64,000 bases of DNA from the NCBI GenBank assembly GCA_045863315.1, contig BTUX01000001.1, positions 6,611-70,610 of the forward strand, given 5' to 3'. Both the position numbers and the translations under genes were made by a program. Shown in pieces: positions 32,399-40,639 of this stretch (the first letter of the stretch is position 1; each line of letters begins with the position of its first letter). The notes under the pieces are model-generated. The model was not told where the DNA came from and ran no database searches. It was given only the letters and a program-made list of their open reading frames with translations. The DNA is from Candidatus Hydrogenedentota bacterium. GTDB lineage: Bacteria > Hydrogenedentota > Hydrogenedentia > Hydrogenedentales > SLHB01.

Positions 32399-32463
32399 CG
32401 CCCGCCCCTTCTGTCATTCCGACGCGAAGCGAGGAATCCGGGCGAACCGAGAACCCCGTGCCC
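32399..32463 (+). repeat. Solo direct copy of the GIY-YIG element left end (about 88% identical over about 60 bp to 31865-31929)
   Basis: Direct alignment of the two stretches. The downstream frame is degenerate, with no GIY-YIG ORF. Confidence 0.6.
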
Positions 32464-32646
32464 CCTGGCGTTCGGTGTTCGCCTTGTACGCTGTGGTCAT
32501 CGCATCGTTCTATCGTGGCGCTTACGACGGGCGATAGACACGTTCAGCACGAGGTATCGAATCGTGAACCCGTCGTGGCGTACGGCATGGCGCAGCGTGT
32601 TGCGGTCTCCGCCGCCCGTCTTCCGCGACAGGCGGCGCTATCCCGC

Positions 32647-32828
32647 ATTTCTCACCAGTCGCTCCCGATGACGGGAGCGACTGGTGAGAAATGCTCAGGA
32701 GATAGCATAGAAGTCAATCGGGTGAGGATTTTTCACACCAACAGCCCGTTTTCCCTGTGGCTGCATAAAGGTATGTGACGCACGAAGCTGTATCCTTCAT
32801 TGCCCGCGGGTGCGAAAAATCCGGGCTA
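32647..32828. repeat. Long copy of palindromic repeat element (hairpin core + 136-bp insertion + CCGGGCTA)
   Basis: Same 20-bp stem hairpin as 13911. About 95% identical to 47814-47995. Ends immediately at the stop codon of the minus-strand Rieske gene. Confidence 0.75.
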
Positions 32829-33158
32829 TCACTCTTCTTCCACCGGAAGCAACGTGATGTAAATGTCCTCTCCTTCGACTTTCAAGCCGTACCGCCTCAG
32901 CCGGGTGGACTCGTGCGTGAGGCACTCTCCCGTGCGGACGTTGTAGACCCAACCGTGGCGCGGGCAGGTCACGATGTCGCCGTCGAACCGGCCCGTCGTG
33001 AGGTCCCAGTTTTGGTGCTTGCAACTGATTTCCGTGGCAAAAAAGGACCCGTCCGGGTCGCGGAAGACGGCCACGTTTCTCGCTAGCAACTTGAATTTGC
33101 GAAATCGTTGCCCCTCAAAGTCCGAGGTCTTGGCAATCTTGACGTACTGCCGCTCCAT
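32829..33158 (-). CDS. Rieske [2Fe-2S] domain protein
   Basis: 109 aa with CKHQ...CPRHG cluster ligands. The track ORF extends to 33644 but that part overlaps the FHA-GGDEF gene; start placed at ATG 33158 (MERQYV). Confidence 0.7.
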   Translation of the reverse strand: MERQYVKIAKTSDFEGQRFRKFKLLARNVAVFRDPDGSFFATEISCKHQNWDLTTGRFDGDIVTCPRHGWVYNVRTGECLTHESTRLRRYGLKVEGEDIYITLLPVEEE

Positions 33159-33261
33159 ACCGCGCCATTGTACCACGCGCAGGACCGCCGGCCCGGCCCC
33201 TCGTTGCGTGTCGGGCCATCCGCTGGTAGTATAAGCGGGTTTACGAGGCAATCCGCGGACG

Positions 33262-34185
33262 ATGTCTGAACACCAAAAACCCAGTGGCGATACGACCCGA
33301 TTGGTACTGGCGGAGGAACTGGCCAGCCTGCGCGCCCGCATGCAAGGGCGGCGCGCGAGCCTCATCGTGCTTTCGGGCTGGCAGATCGGCCACGAATTTG
33401 CCTTGGAAGGCGCCAACTGGACCATTGGCCGCTCACCCGATGTCGAGATCACGATCAATCTGCCGTCCGTCTCCAGACAACACGCGCGAATTTCGCGGGC
33501 GCGAGACGACGAAGCCGAGTACTTCGAGATCACCGATCTCGGGAGTATGAACGGCACCCACGTGAACAACGAACTCATTTCGCCGTCCGTCCGCTTGAAC
33601 AACGGCGACAAAATCCAACTCGGCGACGTCGTCGTGAAATTCATGCTCCAGGATGCCGTCGAGGCCGAGTTCCATCAGGAAGTCGCCCGCCGGATTCACT
33701 ACAACCAATTGACCGGCCTGCTCACCCTCGAGTCGTTCAAGCCGCATCTCGCCGAGGAGATCGCCCACGCGAAGCCCGGTACTCGTTTCACCATCGCAAT
33801 GACCGACCTCGACGGGCTCAAGAAGGTGAACGACACCTTCGGCCACCTTATGGGCAGCCGGATCATTCAGGAGATGGGCGCGGTGATGCGCGGTATCCTG
33901 CGGCAAAGGGACCGCGCCGGCTTGTACGGGGGCGATGAGGCCATCCTCCTGTTTCCCGACACGCCTATCGACAAGGCCCTCGAGATCGCGGAATCGCTCC
34001 GAATCGGGATCGCCGACTGCAAGTTCGAAGCCGGCGGGCAAACCTTCGGGGTGACCATCAGCCAAGGCCTTGCCGAATTCCCCACGCACGGGGATACGGT
34101 GGAGAAGCTCATCGCCGCGGCGGACGGAGCCCTGTATGCCGCCAAAGGAGCGGGACGCAACTGCGTGCGCGTCGTGGAGGGCTGA
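33262..34185 (+). CDS. FHA domain-GGDEF domain protein (diguanylate cyclase-like; motif reads GGDEA)
   Basis: N-terminal FHA (GRSPDVEITI...SRQHARI...NGT) and a C-terminal GGDEF fold with RYGGDEA in place of GGDEF and a possible I-site region. Confidence 0.75.
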   Translation: MSEHQKPSGDTTRLVLAEELASLRARMQGRRASLIVLSGWQIGHEFALEGANWTIGRSPDVEITINLPSVSRQHARISRARDDEAEYFEITDLGSMNGTHVNNELISPSVRLNNGDKIQLGDVVVKFMLQDAVEAEFHQEVARRIHYNQLTGLLTLESFKPHLAEEIAHAKPGTRFTIAMTDLDGLKKVNDTFGHLMGSRIIQEMGAVMRGILRQRDRAGLYGGDEAILLFPDTPIDKALEIAESLRIGIADCKFEAGGQTFGVTISQGLAEFPTHGDTVEKLIAAADGALYAAKGAGRNCVRVVEG

Positions 34186-34186
34186 A

Positions 34187-34966
34187 ATGCCCCCCATCGT
34201 GACCTTGACCACGGATTTCGGCACCCGCGATTCGTATGTCGCGGTGATGAAGGGCGTGCTGCTCAGCGCCTGCCCGGACCTGCGCATCGTCGATCTGACC
34301 CATGACATCGCTCCCCAGGACGTATTCGGCGCCGCGTATTTCCTGGCGGAAGCCGCCACGTGGTATCCGGAAGGCACAATCCACTGCGCCGTCATTGATC
34401 CCGGCGTGGGCACCACGCGGCTGCCCATAGTCGTCCGCGCCCGAAACTACTTTTTTGTCGGGCCGGACAACGGTCTGTTGACGTTCATCTCAAAGAAAAT
34501 CTCGATTGACGAGGCGCGCAGCATCACCAATCCCCGCTTCATGCTGCCCGAGATCAGCGCGACGTTCCACGGCCGAGACATTTTTGCGCCCACGGCCGCA
34601 TGCCTGGCCCGCGGCGCGCCCATGGAGGAAGCCGGCGATCGGCTGACCGCCCTCACGATGCTCGAAATACCCTGCGCAAAGGTCGACGAGAACGGCAATC
34701 TGTGCGGGGTCGTGGTGCATGTGGACCGCTTCGGCAACGCCATCACGAACATTCATCGCTCGCAAGTGCCCGAACGCAAGGACGTGACGGTCCGCATCGG
34801 AAGCGAATCCGTCTACGGCATTCACGAGACCTACGGCGATGTCGATCCCGGTCGGTCCGTGGCCCTCTTCGGCAGCGCGGATTACCTCGAAATCGCAATC
34901 CACCGCGGGAACGCCGCGGACAAGTTCGGGGCGCACCGCGGCACCCGCGTCGAAATCAGGCGGTAA
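34187..34966 (+). CDS. SAM hydroxide adenosyltransferase family protein (DUF62)
   Basis: N-terminal IVTLTTDFGTRDSYVAVMKGV and DPGVG motifs. ATG lies 1 nt after the GGDEF gene stop. Confidence 0.7.
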   Translation: MPPIVTLTTDFGTRDSYVAVMKGVLLSACPDLRIVDLTHDIAPQDVFGAAYFLAEAATWYPEGTIHCAVIDPGVGTTRLPIVVRARNYFFVGPDNGLLTFISKKISIDEARSITNPRFMLPEISATFHGRDIFAPTAACLARGAPMEEAGDRLTALTMLEIPCAKVDENGNLCGVVVHVDRFGNAITNIHRSQVPERKDVTVRIGSESVYGIHETYGDVDPGRSVALFGSADYLEIAIHRGNAADKFGAHRGTRVEIRR

Positions 34967-34969
34967 GAG

Positions 34970-36223
34970 TTGAAGTCCGTTGCGATACGGCCGCGCGGCC
35001 CGCTCGACGCGCAGGTCGCCATTCCCGGTTCGAAGAGCTGTACCGCGCGCGCGTTGATCATGGCGGGTTTGACGCGCGGTGAAAGCGCCTTGCTCGAACC
35101 CGCGGACTGCGACGACACCGATTATATGGTGGCCGGCCTGCGCGGCCTCGGAGTGCAAGTCCAGCGCGAGGGCAATACATTGCGCGTCGGCGGCGGCCCG
35201 CTCCGGCCCCCGTCGAAGCCTTTGTTCCTAGGCAATTCCGGCACCGCCGTTCGGTTCCTCGCGGCGGCCTGCGCCACGCTCGATGGCGAAGCCACGCTCG
35301 ACGGCTCGCCGCGGATGCGGGAACGCCCCATTCGCGACTTGGCGGATGCTCTAGCTTCGTGGGGCGTGGAAACGCGCAGCGCAACCGGATGCCCCCCGCT
35401 TCTCGTGCGCTCGACCGGAGCATTCGGAGGTTCGACCTCGGTCAAGGGCAGCGCCAGCAGCCAGTATCTCTCGGGCCTGCTCATGGTCGCCCCCTGCGCC
35501 ACACTCGACGCAACGATTGCGATCGAGGGCGAGCTGGTGTCAAAGCCGTATGTCGACCTCACGATCGCCATGATGGCCGAACGTGGCGTGGCCGTGTTCA
35601 ACGAAGACTATCACCGTTTCCACATCCCGTCCGGTCAGCCGTATAGGCCGGGCCCGTACCCTATCGAAGCCGATGCGTCGGGCGCATCCTACTTCTTCGC
35701 TGCGGCGGCCGTCGCAGGCGGGCGCGTGCGCGTCTTGAATTTGTCGAAAGCATCGCACCAGGGCGACGCGCGCTTTCCCCGCGTGCTCGAACAAATGGGC
35801 TGTACCGTGACGGAAGGGCCGGACTGGATCGAAGTCGCGGGATCCGGCGAACTGAGCGGCATCGACATCGATCTGAACGCCATGCCCGACATGGCGCAAA
35901 CGCTCGCCGTCGTCGCGTTGTTCGCCAAGGGACCCACCCGGATTCGGAACGTGGCCAACCTGCGCATCAAGGAAACCGACCGCATCGCCGCCACCGCCGC
36001 CGAACTGCGCAAACTCGGCGCCACCGTGCATGAATTCGACGACGGTCTCGAGATCGCACCCGGGAAACCGCGCGCCGCCGCCATCGACACCTACGACGAC
36101 CACCGCATGGCGATGAGCTTCGCCGTCGCCGGATTGCGCATTCCCGGCGTGGCGATCCACGAGCCCGGCTGCGTGTCGAAAACGTTTCCGGATTTCTTCG
36201 CGCGATTCGAGTCTCTCCAATAG
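34970..36223 (+). CDS. aroA: 3-phosphoshikimate 1-carboxyvinyltransferase (EPSP synthase)
   Basis: IPGSKS, LGNSGT(A)VRFL and RMRERPI motifs across 417 aa. TTG start. Confidence 0.9.
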   Translation: MKSVAIRPRGPLDAQVAIPGSKSCTARALIMAGLTRGESALLEPADCDDTDYMVAGLRGLGVQVQREGNTLRVGGGPLRPPSKPLFLGNSGTAVRFLAAACATLDGEATLDGSPRMRERPIRDLADALASWGVETRSATGCPPLLVRSTGAFGGSTSVKGSASSQYLSGLLMVAPCATLDATIAIEGELVSKPYVDLTIAMMAERGVAVFNEDYHRFHIPSGQPYRPGPYPIEADASGASYFFAAAAVAGGRVRVLNLSKASHQGDARFPRVLEQMGCTVTEGPDWIEVAGSGELSGIDIDLNAMPDMAQTLAVVALFAKGPTRIRNVANLRIKETDRIAATAAELRKLGATVHEFDDGLEIAPGKPRAAAIDTYDDHRMAMSFAVAGLRIPGVAIHEPGCVSKTFPDFFARFESLQ

Positions 36224-36331
36224 GGCGCCCGCATGTCGCCATCCGCCCGGACGGCCGCGGCGGCTTACCATGGTTGTCCGCGCGACAGGAATGGCGCCGA
36301 CCGCTCCGTATTCGCCCGCGCAGCGTTCTGT

Positions 36332-36359
36332 TTGCAACGTCTTCGCTGCCGGTTATAAT
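36332..36359 (+). promoter_or_regulatory. Candidate promoter TTGCAA-N16-TATAAT upstream of oxidoreductase gene
   Basis: Hexamers read from the sequence, about 45 nt upstream of ATG 36403. Confidence 0.25.
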
Positions 36360-36402
36360 GGCGGGATTGTTTCCCGGTCGTTCCATTGCAGGAGGGAGAG
36401 TT

Positions 36403-37569
36403 ATGGCCAAAAAGACGTTGAATGTCGCCCTGATCGGCACGAAATTCATGGGCAAGGCGCACAGCAACGCGTTCCGGCAGGTGAACCGTTTCTTCGATTT
36501 GCCGTATGAACCGGTGATGAAAGTCATCTGCGGGCGCAGTGCGGATGAGACCCGCGCGGCGGCGAAAAAGTTCGGGTGGGAGGAAGCCGACACCAACTGG
36601 CGGCGCGTCATCAACCGGGCGGACATCGATATCGTGGATATCGCCGCCTCGGGCGACATGCACCACCCCATGGCGATCGCCGCCGCCAAGGCCGGCAAGC
36701 ACGTCATCTGCGAAAAGCCGCTCGCAAACACCCTCAAGCAGGCGGAAGAGATGACCGCGGCGGTGAAAAAGGCCGGGGTCAACCACATGTGCGGGTTCTC
36801 GTACCGCTTCGCGCCGGCGGTCGCCACGATCAAACAGATGATCCAGAACGGGGAACTCGGCGAAATCTACCATTTCCGCGCCTGTTACCAACAGGACTGG
36901 ATCGTCGATCCCGAGTTTCCCTTGAACTGGCGCCTGCAAAAGAAGACCGCCGGCAGCGGCACGTTGGGCGATATCGGCGCGCATATCACGGACATGTGCC
37001 ACAATCTCCTCGGACCGGTTGACTCCGTTTCCTCGATCATGCGCACCTTCGTCACCGAGCGGCCCCTGGCCGACCGCGCCGCCACCATCGCGGCGAAATC
37101 CGGCCACAAGAAGACTTCCAAGAAGGGCAAGGTCGACGTGGACGACGCCGCCGTTTTCATCGCCACGATCAAGGGGTCGAGGGCGTTGGCCACGTTCGAG
37201 GCGACGCGCTTCGCGCCGGGACGGCGCAACTACAACTGCATCGAGATTTACGGCAGCAAAGGCAGCGTGATCTGGAACCAGGAAGACATGAACGTCTTTC
37301 ATTTCTACAATTGCGCGGACCCGGGGCACGTGCAGGGGTTCCGCCGCATCCACGCGACCGACCCGGGGCACCCGTACATCCATGCGTGGTGGCCCAGCGC
37401 GCACATCATCGGCTATGAGCATCTGTTCGTGCATGAGGTGTACGATTTCATCACGCAGCTCGGGAAGAAGAAGGTGACCTATCCGACGTTCGAAGACGGG
37501 CTTGCGTGCCAGAAGGTGCTGGCGGCCGTGGAAAAGTCGAGCAAGAGCAGGAAGTGGGAAAAAGTATAG
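36403..37569 (+). CDS. Gfo/Idh/MocA family oxidoreductase
   Basis: N-terminal Rossmann fold (LNVALIGTKFMGKAH) and EKP motif. 388 aa; RBS GGAGGGA. Confidence 0.85.
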   Translation: MAKKTLNVALIGTKFMGKAHSNAFRQVNRFFDLPYEPVMKVICGRSADETRAAAKKFGWEEADTNWRRVINRADIDIVDIAASGDMHHPMAIAAAKAGKHVICEKPLANTLKQAEEMTAAVKKAGVNHMCGFSYRFAPAVATIKQMIQNGELGEIYHFRACYQQDWIVDPEFPLNWRLQKKTAGSGTLGDIGAHITDMCHNLLGPVDSVSSIMRTFVTERPLADRAATIAAKSGHKKTSKKGKVDVDDAAVFIATIKGSRALATFEATRFAPGRRNYNCIEIYGSKGSVIWNQEDMNVFHFYNCADPGHVQGFRRIHATDPGHPYIHAWWPSAHIIGYEHLFVHEVYDFITQLGKKKVTYPTFEDGLACQKVLAAVEKSSKSRKWEKV

Positions 37570-37813
37570 GGAGTTGAGCACGGGGAATCTGGGGAAGGAA
37601 TGTGATCGGGCAGCTCACTTACTTTTCCCGCGATCGAAACTAGTTTGAAATCTATGGCCAGGAAACAAAAGAGAGCGCCGCATCGTGCCGAGGTATTGGA
37701 CGGTGCTCCGATCCGTTATGCGCCGGAGAACGGGCAGTTCTGAGGGAACTCACATTCCGAATTCCCCCGTGTTTCCCGTGTCCCCGTGGTGTAATGAAAG
37801 GGAGGAGAGGAAA

Positions 37814-38779
37814 ATGAAACTGGGCTTTTTGACGGTGATGTTCAGCGATTTGCCGCTGACGAAGGTGATGGACATTATTCGTCCGATGGGGTTGCAGACG
37901 GTTGAATTGGGCACGGGCAACTATCCCGGCAATGCGCACTGCAATCTGAAGGAGATGCTGGAGTCAAAACCGAAGCGCGACGAACTCAAGGCGATGCTGA
38001 AAGGCGAAGGCCTCGAGATCAGCGCCTTGAGCTGCCACGGCAACTGCCTTCATCCGGACGAGGCCTTTGCGAAGAAGAACATTCAGGTGCAGACGGACAC
38101 GATCAAACTGGCGAACCTTTTGGGCGTGAAAGTGGTGATCGATTTCTCCGGTTGTCCGGGGTCGGACGAGAAATCAACGAAACCGAACTGGGTGACCTGT
38201 CCCTGGCCTCCGGATTACCTCGAGATTCTGGAATGGCAGTGGGCCAAGAAAGTCATTCCCTATTGGACAAAGCAGGCGAAGTTCGCCGCCGACAACGGCG
38301 TGAAGATGGCCTTCGAGGCGCACCCCGGCTTTGTGGTGTACAACCCGGAGACGCTGCTGAAACTGCGCAAGGAATGCGGCGCGAACATCGGGGCAAACTT
38401 CGACCCGAGCCACTTCTTCTGGCAGGGGATCGATCCCGTCGATGCGGTGCGCGCGCTGGGCGGAAAGGCCATATTCCACGTGCACGCGAAGGACTCGAAA
38501 GTCTACACGCAGAACGCGACTGTGAACGGAGTGCTCGACACCAAGCACTACGGCGACGAACTCAACCGGTCCTGGATCTTCCGTACGGTCGGCTATGGAC
38601 ACAGCGTCGAGTGGTGGAAGGATTTCGCCTCCACGCTGCGGATGGTCGGCTACGACGGCGCCATCTCGATCGAGCATGAAGACTCGCTCATGTCGCGCAC
38701 CGAAGGACTCAAGAAAGCGGTGGAAGTCCTCAAACAGTGCCTCATTTTCGACAAGAAGACGGCGATCACGTGGGCGTGA
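37814..38779 (+). CDS. Sugar phosphate isomerase/epimerase (xylose isomerase-like TIM barrel)
   Basis: AP_endonuc_2-like TIM barrel with its metal-binding Glu/His/Asp pattern. RBS GGAGGAGAGG. Confidence 0.75.
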   Translation: MKLGFLTVMFSDLPLTKVMDIIRPMGLQTVELGTGNYPGNAHCNLKEMLESKPKRDELKAMLKGEGLEISALSCHGNCLHPDEAFAKKNIQVQTDTIKLANLLGVKVVIDFSGCPGSDEKSTKPNWVTCPWPPDYLEILEWQWAKKVIPYWTKQAKFAADNGVKMAFEAHPGFVVYNPETLLKLRKECGANIGANFDPSHFFWQGIDPVDAVRALGGKAIFHVHAKDSKVYTQNATVNGVLDTKHYGDELNRSWIFRTVGYGHSVEWWKDFASTLRMVGYDGAISIEHEDSLMSRTEGLKKAVEVLKQCLIFDKKTAITWA

Positions 38780-38788
38780 TAATATAGT

Positions 38789-38819
38789 GTGAGGCTGGGA
38801 GGCAGGTTCCCAGCCTCAC
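38789..38819 (+). terminator. Stem-loop (11-bp stem GTGAGGCTGGG/CCCAGCCTCAC) just downstream of the isomerase gene; no U-tract
   Basis: Inverted repeat read directly from the sequence. No U-tract follows, so intrinsic-terminator activity is uncertain. Confidence 0.3.
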
Positions 38820-38840
38820 ATAGACAACCCATCTGGAGTC

Positions 38841-40016
38841 GTGGCATTGCGCTTGACCAGGCTGTGTGCAAGGAGATACCGGTCACTCTACGATATCGAT
38901 TGGCGTCTTGGCCCGCTCAATGTTTTGATTGGTCCCAATGCGGGCGGCAAATCAAATGTTCTGGATCTCTTGGAGTTGGTTCGTGATGCCGCCTGGGGTC
39001 ACCTGAAGGAATCAATTCTATCGCGCGGTGGAATTACTTCTGTGTTTTTCGACGGTGAAGGGCCAAGTTTCTCGATGAAACTTGAACATGAGGCCACGCG
39101 AGGTCTTGGCCGGCTCATCTACGACGTGGAAGTCTCCCGGGTCGCGAAATACGAAGACCCCCTCGTGCGGAGGGAGTCACTCATTCAAATTGATTCGAGC
39201 GGCGCGAAGACACCCCTAATTAGCAGAAGTTCGGGAACTGCGACGTTTTTCAATAACCGAACGAGGGCGACCGAGAAGCTCCCTATGGCCGAATCGCTGA
39301 GCGAAACGGCTCTGCACGAATTTGTGCGAATTGGAAACCCGGCGCTTCCGCAGCGAAAGTACCAGAAATGCTTGGGCCGCTTCGAGGTATTCAAACACTT
39401 TGACACCGGACCAAACGCGCCGGTTCGAAGCGCCTGCGTGACGAGCTATGATCGCTGGTTATTCGCCGACGGCAGCAATCTAACGCAATACCTGCACACG
39501 CTTACCGCGGAAAGCAAGGAGTTCCGGGCTAATCTTCGGGCCGCCATGGACGCCGCATTTGCAGGCGAGTTCGAAGAAGCAATCTTTGCCCCCGTTGCGG
39601 ACCAGAGGATTCAACTGAAGATTCGCTGGAAGCACCTCAAGAAACCCCGGTCTGCATCGGAGCTTTCGGACGGAACGATTCGGTTTCTTTACCTGATCTC
39701 AATCCTGTTGGACCCGGAACCACCCCCGCTTATCGCGATAGATGAACCGGAAACGGGACTCCACCCGCGAATGATGGCGATTATCGCGGAGCTTGCGGTG
39801 GAGGCGTCTCGCCGGACACAAGTCATTTTTGTAACCCATTCGCCCGACTTTCTCGACGCGTTCGGCCATGATGCCCCATTGTCGACGACAGTGATGGAAC
39901 TGGCCGACGGAAAAAGCCAGTTGCACATGCCCACGGAGAGTGAGCTTCGTCACTGGCTCAGCGAATACTCTCTGGGTGAAATCTTTCGATCAGGCACACT
40001 TGAAGGTTTGGTATGA
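38841..40016 (+). CDS. ABC-type ATPase of the AAA_21/AAA_15 class (RecF/SMC-like; OLD/PARIS-AriA/Septu-PtuA-like)
   Basis: Walker A GPNAGGKSN, signature-like LSDGT, Walker B LIAIDEPETGLHP, H-loop VTHSP. GC is about 50%, well below the window average. Confidence 0.75.
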   Translation: MALRLTRLCARRYRSLYDIDWRLGPLNVLIGPNAGGKSNVLDLLELVRDAAWGHLKESILSRGGITSVFFDGEGPSFSMKLEHEATRGLGRLIYDVEVSRVAKYEDPLVRRESLIQIDSSGAKTPLISRSSGTATFFNNRTRATEKLPMAESLSETALHEFVRIGNPALPQRKYQKCLGRFEVFKHFDTGPNAPVRSACVTSYDRWLFADGSNLTQYLHTLTAESKEFRANLRAAMDAAFAGEFEEAIFAPVADQRIQLKIRWKHLKKPRSASELSDGTIRFLYLISILLDPEPPPLIAIDEPETGLHPRMMAIIAELAVEASRRTQVIFVTHSPDFLDAFGHDAPLSTTVMELADGKSQLHMPTESELRHWLSEYSLGEIFRSGTLEGLV

Positions 40017-40639
40017 GGTTTGTCCTCATCGCGGAAGGGGAAACCGAACGACGTGCCCTTCCCGGGTTCCTCGGCCGTTGGCTTAACCCCAAACTCACCA
40101 GACCTGTCGGGATACGCGTTGACAACATGCGAAGTTCAGCCACATTGCTTCGCGAGATCGTTCGGAGGTCAAAGACACATCTTTCATCACCGGTCGCGGC
40201 AAACGACCTCGCTGGCGTGATCGGTCTGGTGGATTTTCGGGATGTCCCATTTCCGCCGAAATGCAAATCCGTCCTTTCCCGATACGCTTGGATTACCGAG
40301 AAGGTTCAAAGGGAGGTCGCCCATCCCAGGTTTCGTATGCACTGCGCAGTGCACGAATTGGAAGCTTGGATTCTAAGTCAACCAGGAATACTTCCGACCG
40401 CCGTTGCCCATGCGCTTCCAAAAAGGGCGTCGAACCCCGAAGAACTAAACTTTGATAGGCCTCCTTCACGAATTCTCCAGCGATTGTACTGGGAAAAGCG
40501 GCGCCATCGTTTCATGAAGACGATTGACGGTGTTAACTTGATTCAAAAACTCGATCCTGACGTTGCATATGGCAAATGCCCTTTTCTCCAGCGCTTGTTG
40601 GATGACATGCTATATCTTGCAAGAAGGAAGGGCCAATGA
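40013..40639 (+). CDS. DUF4276-like small protein (N-terminal IAEGETE then GLVDFRD: possible Toprim-like E...DxxD)
   Basis: 208 aa with an ATGA overlap onto the ATPase gene. The N-terminal acidic motif and an HELEAW segment fit DUF4276-type partners of AAA_21 ATPases. Confidence 0.55.
   Translation: MRFVLIAEGETERRALPGFLGRWLNPKLTRPVGIRVDNMRSSATLLREIVRRSKTHLSSPVAANDLAGVIGLVDFRDVPFPPKCKSVLSRYAWITEKVQREVAHPRFRMHCAVHELEAWILSQPGILPTAVAHALPKRASNPEELNFDRPPSRILQRLYWEKRRHRFMKTIDGVNLIQKLDPDVAYGKCPFLQRLLDDMLYLARRKGQ

Noticed and set aside
32458-32778. ORFs reading through the repeat elements (32458-32778, 32775-33086, 47604-47996, 47942-48736) that share near-identical peptides
   Set aside because: The similarity comes from the repeated DNA element, not from paralogous genes. 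Frames are interrupted and composition is odd.
33159-33644. N-terminal 160 aa of the 271-aa track ORF 32829-33644
   Set aside because: Only the C-terminal 109 aa form a Rieske domain. The upstream part overlaps the FHA-GGDEF gene and is low-complexity.
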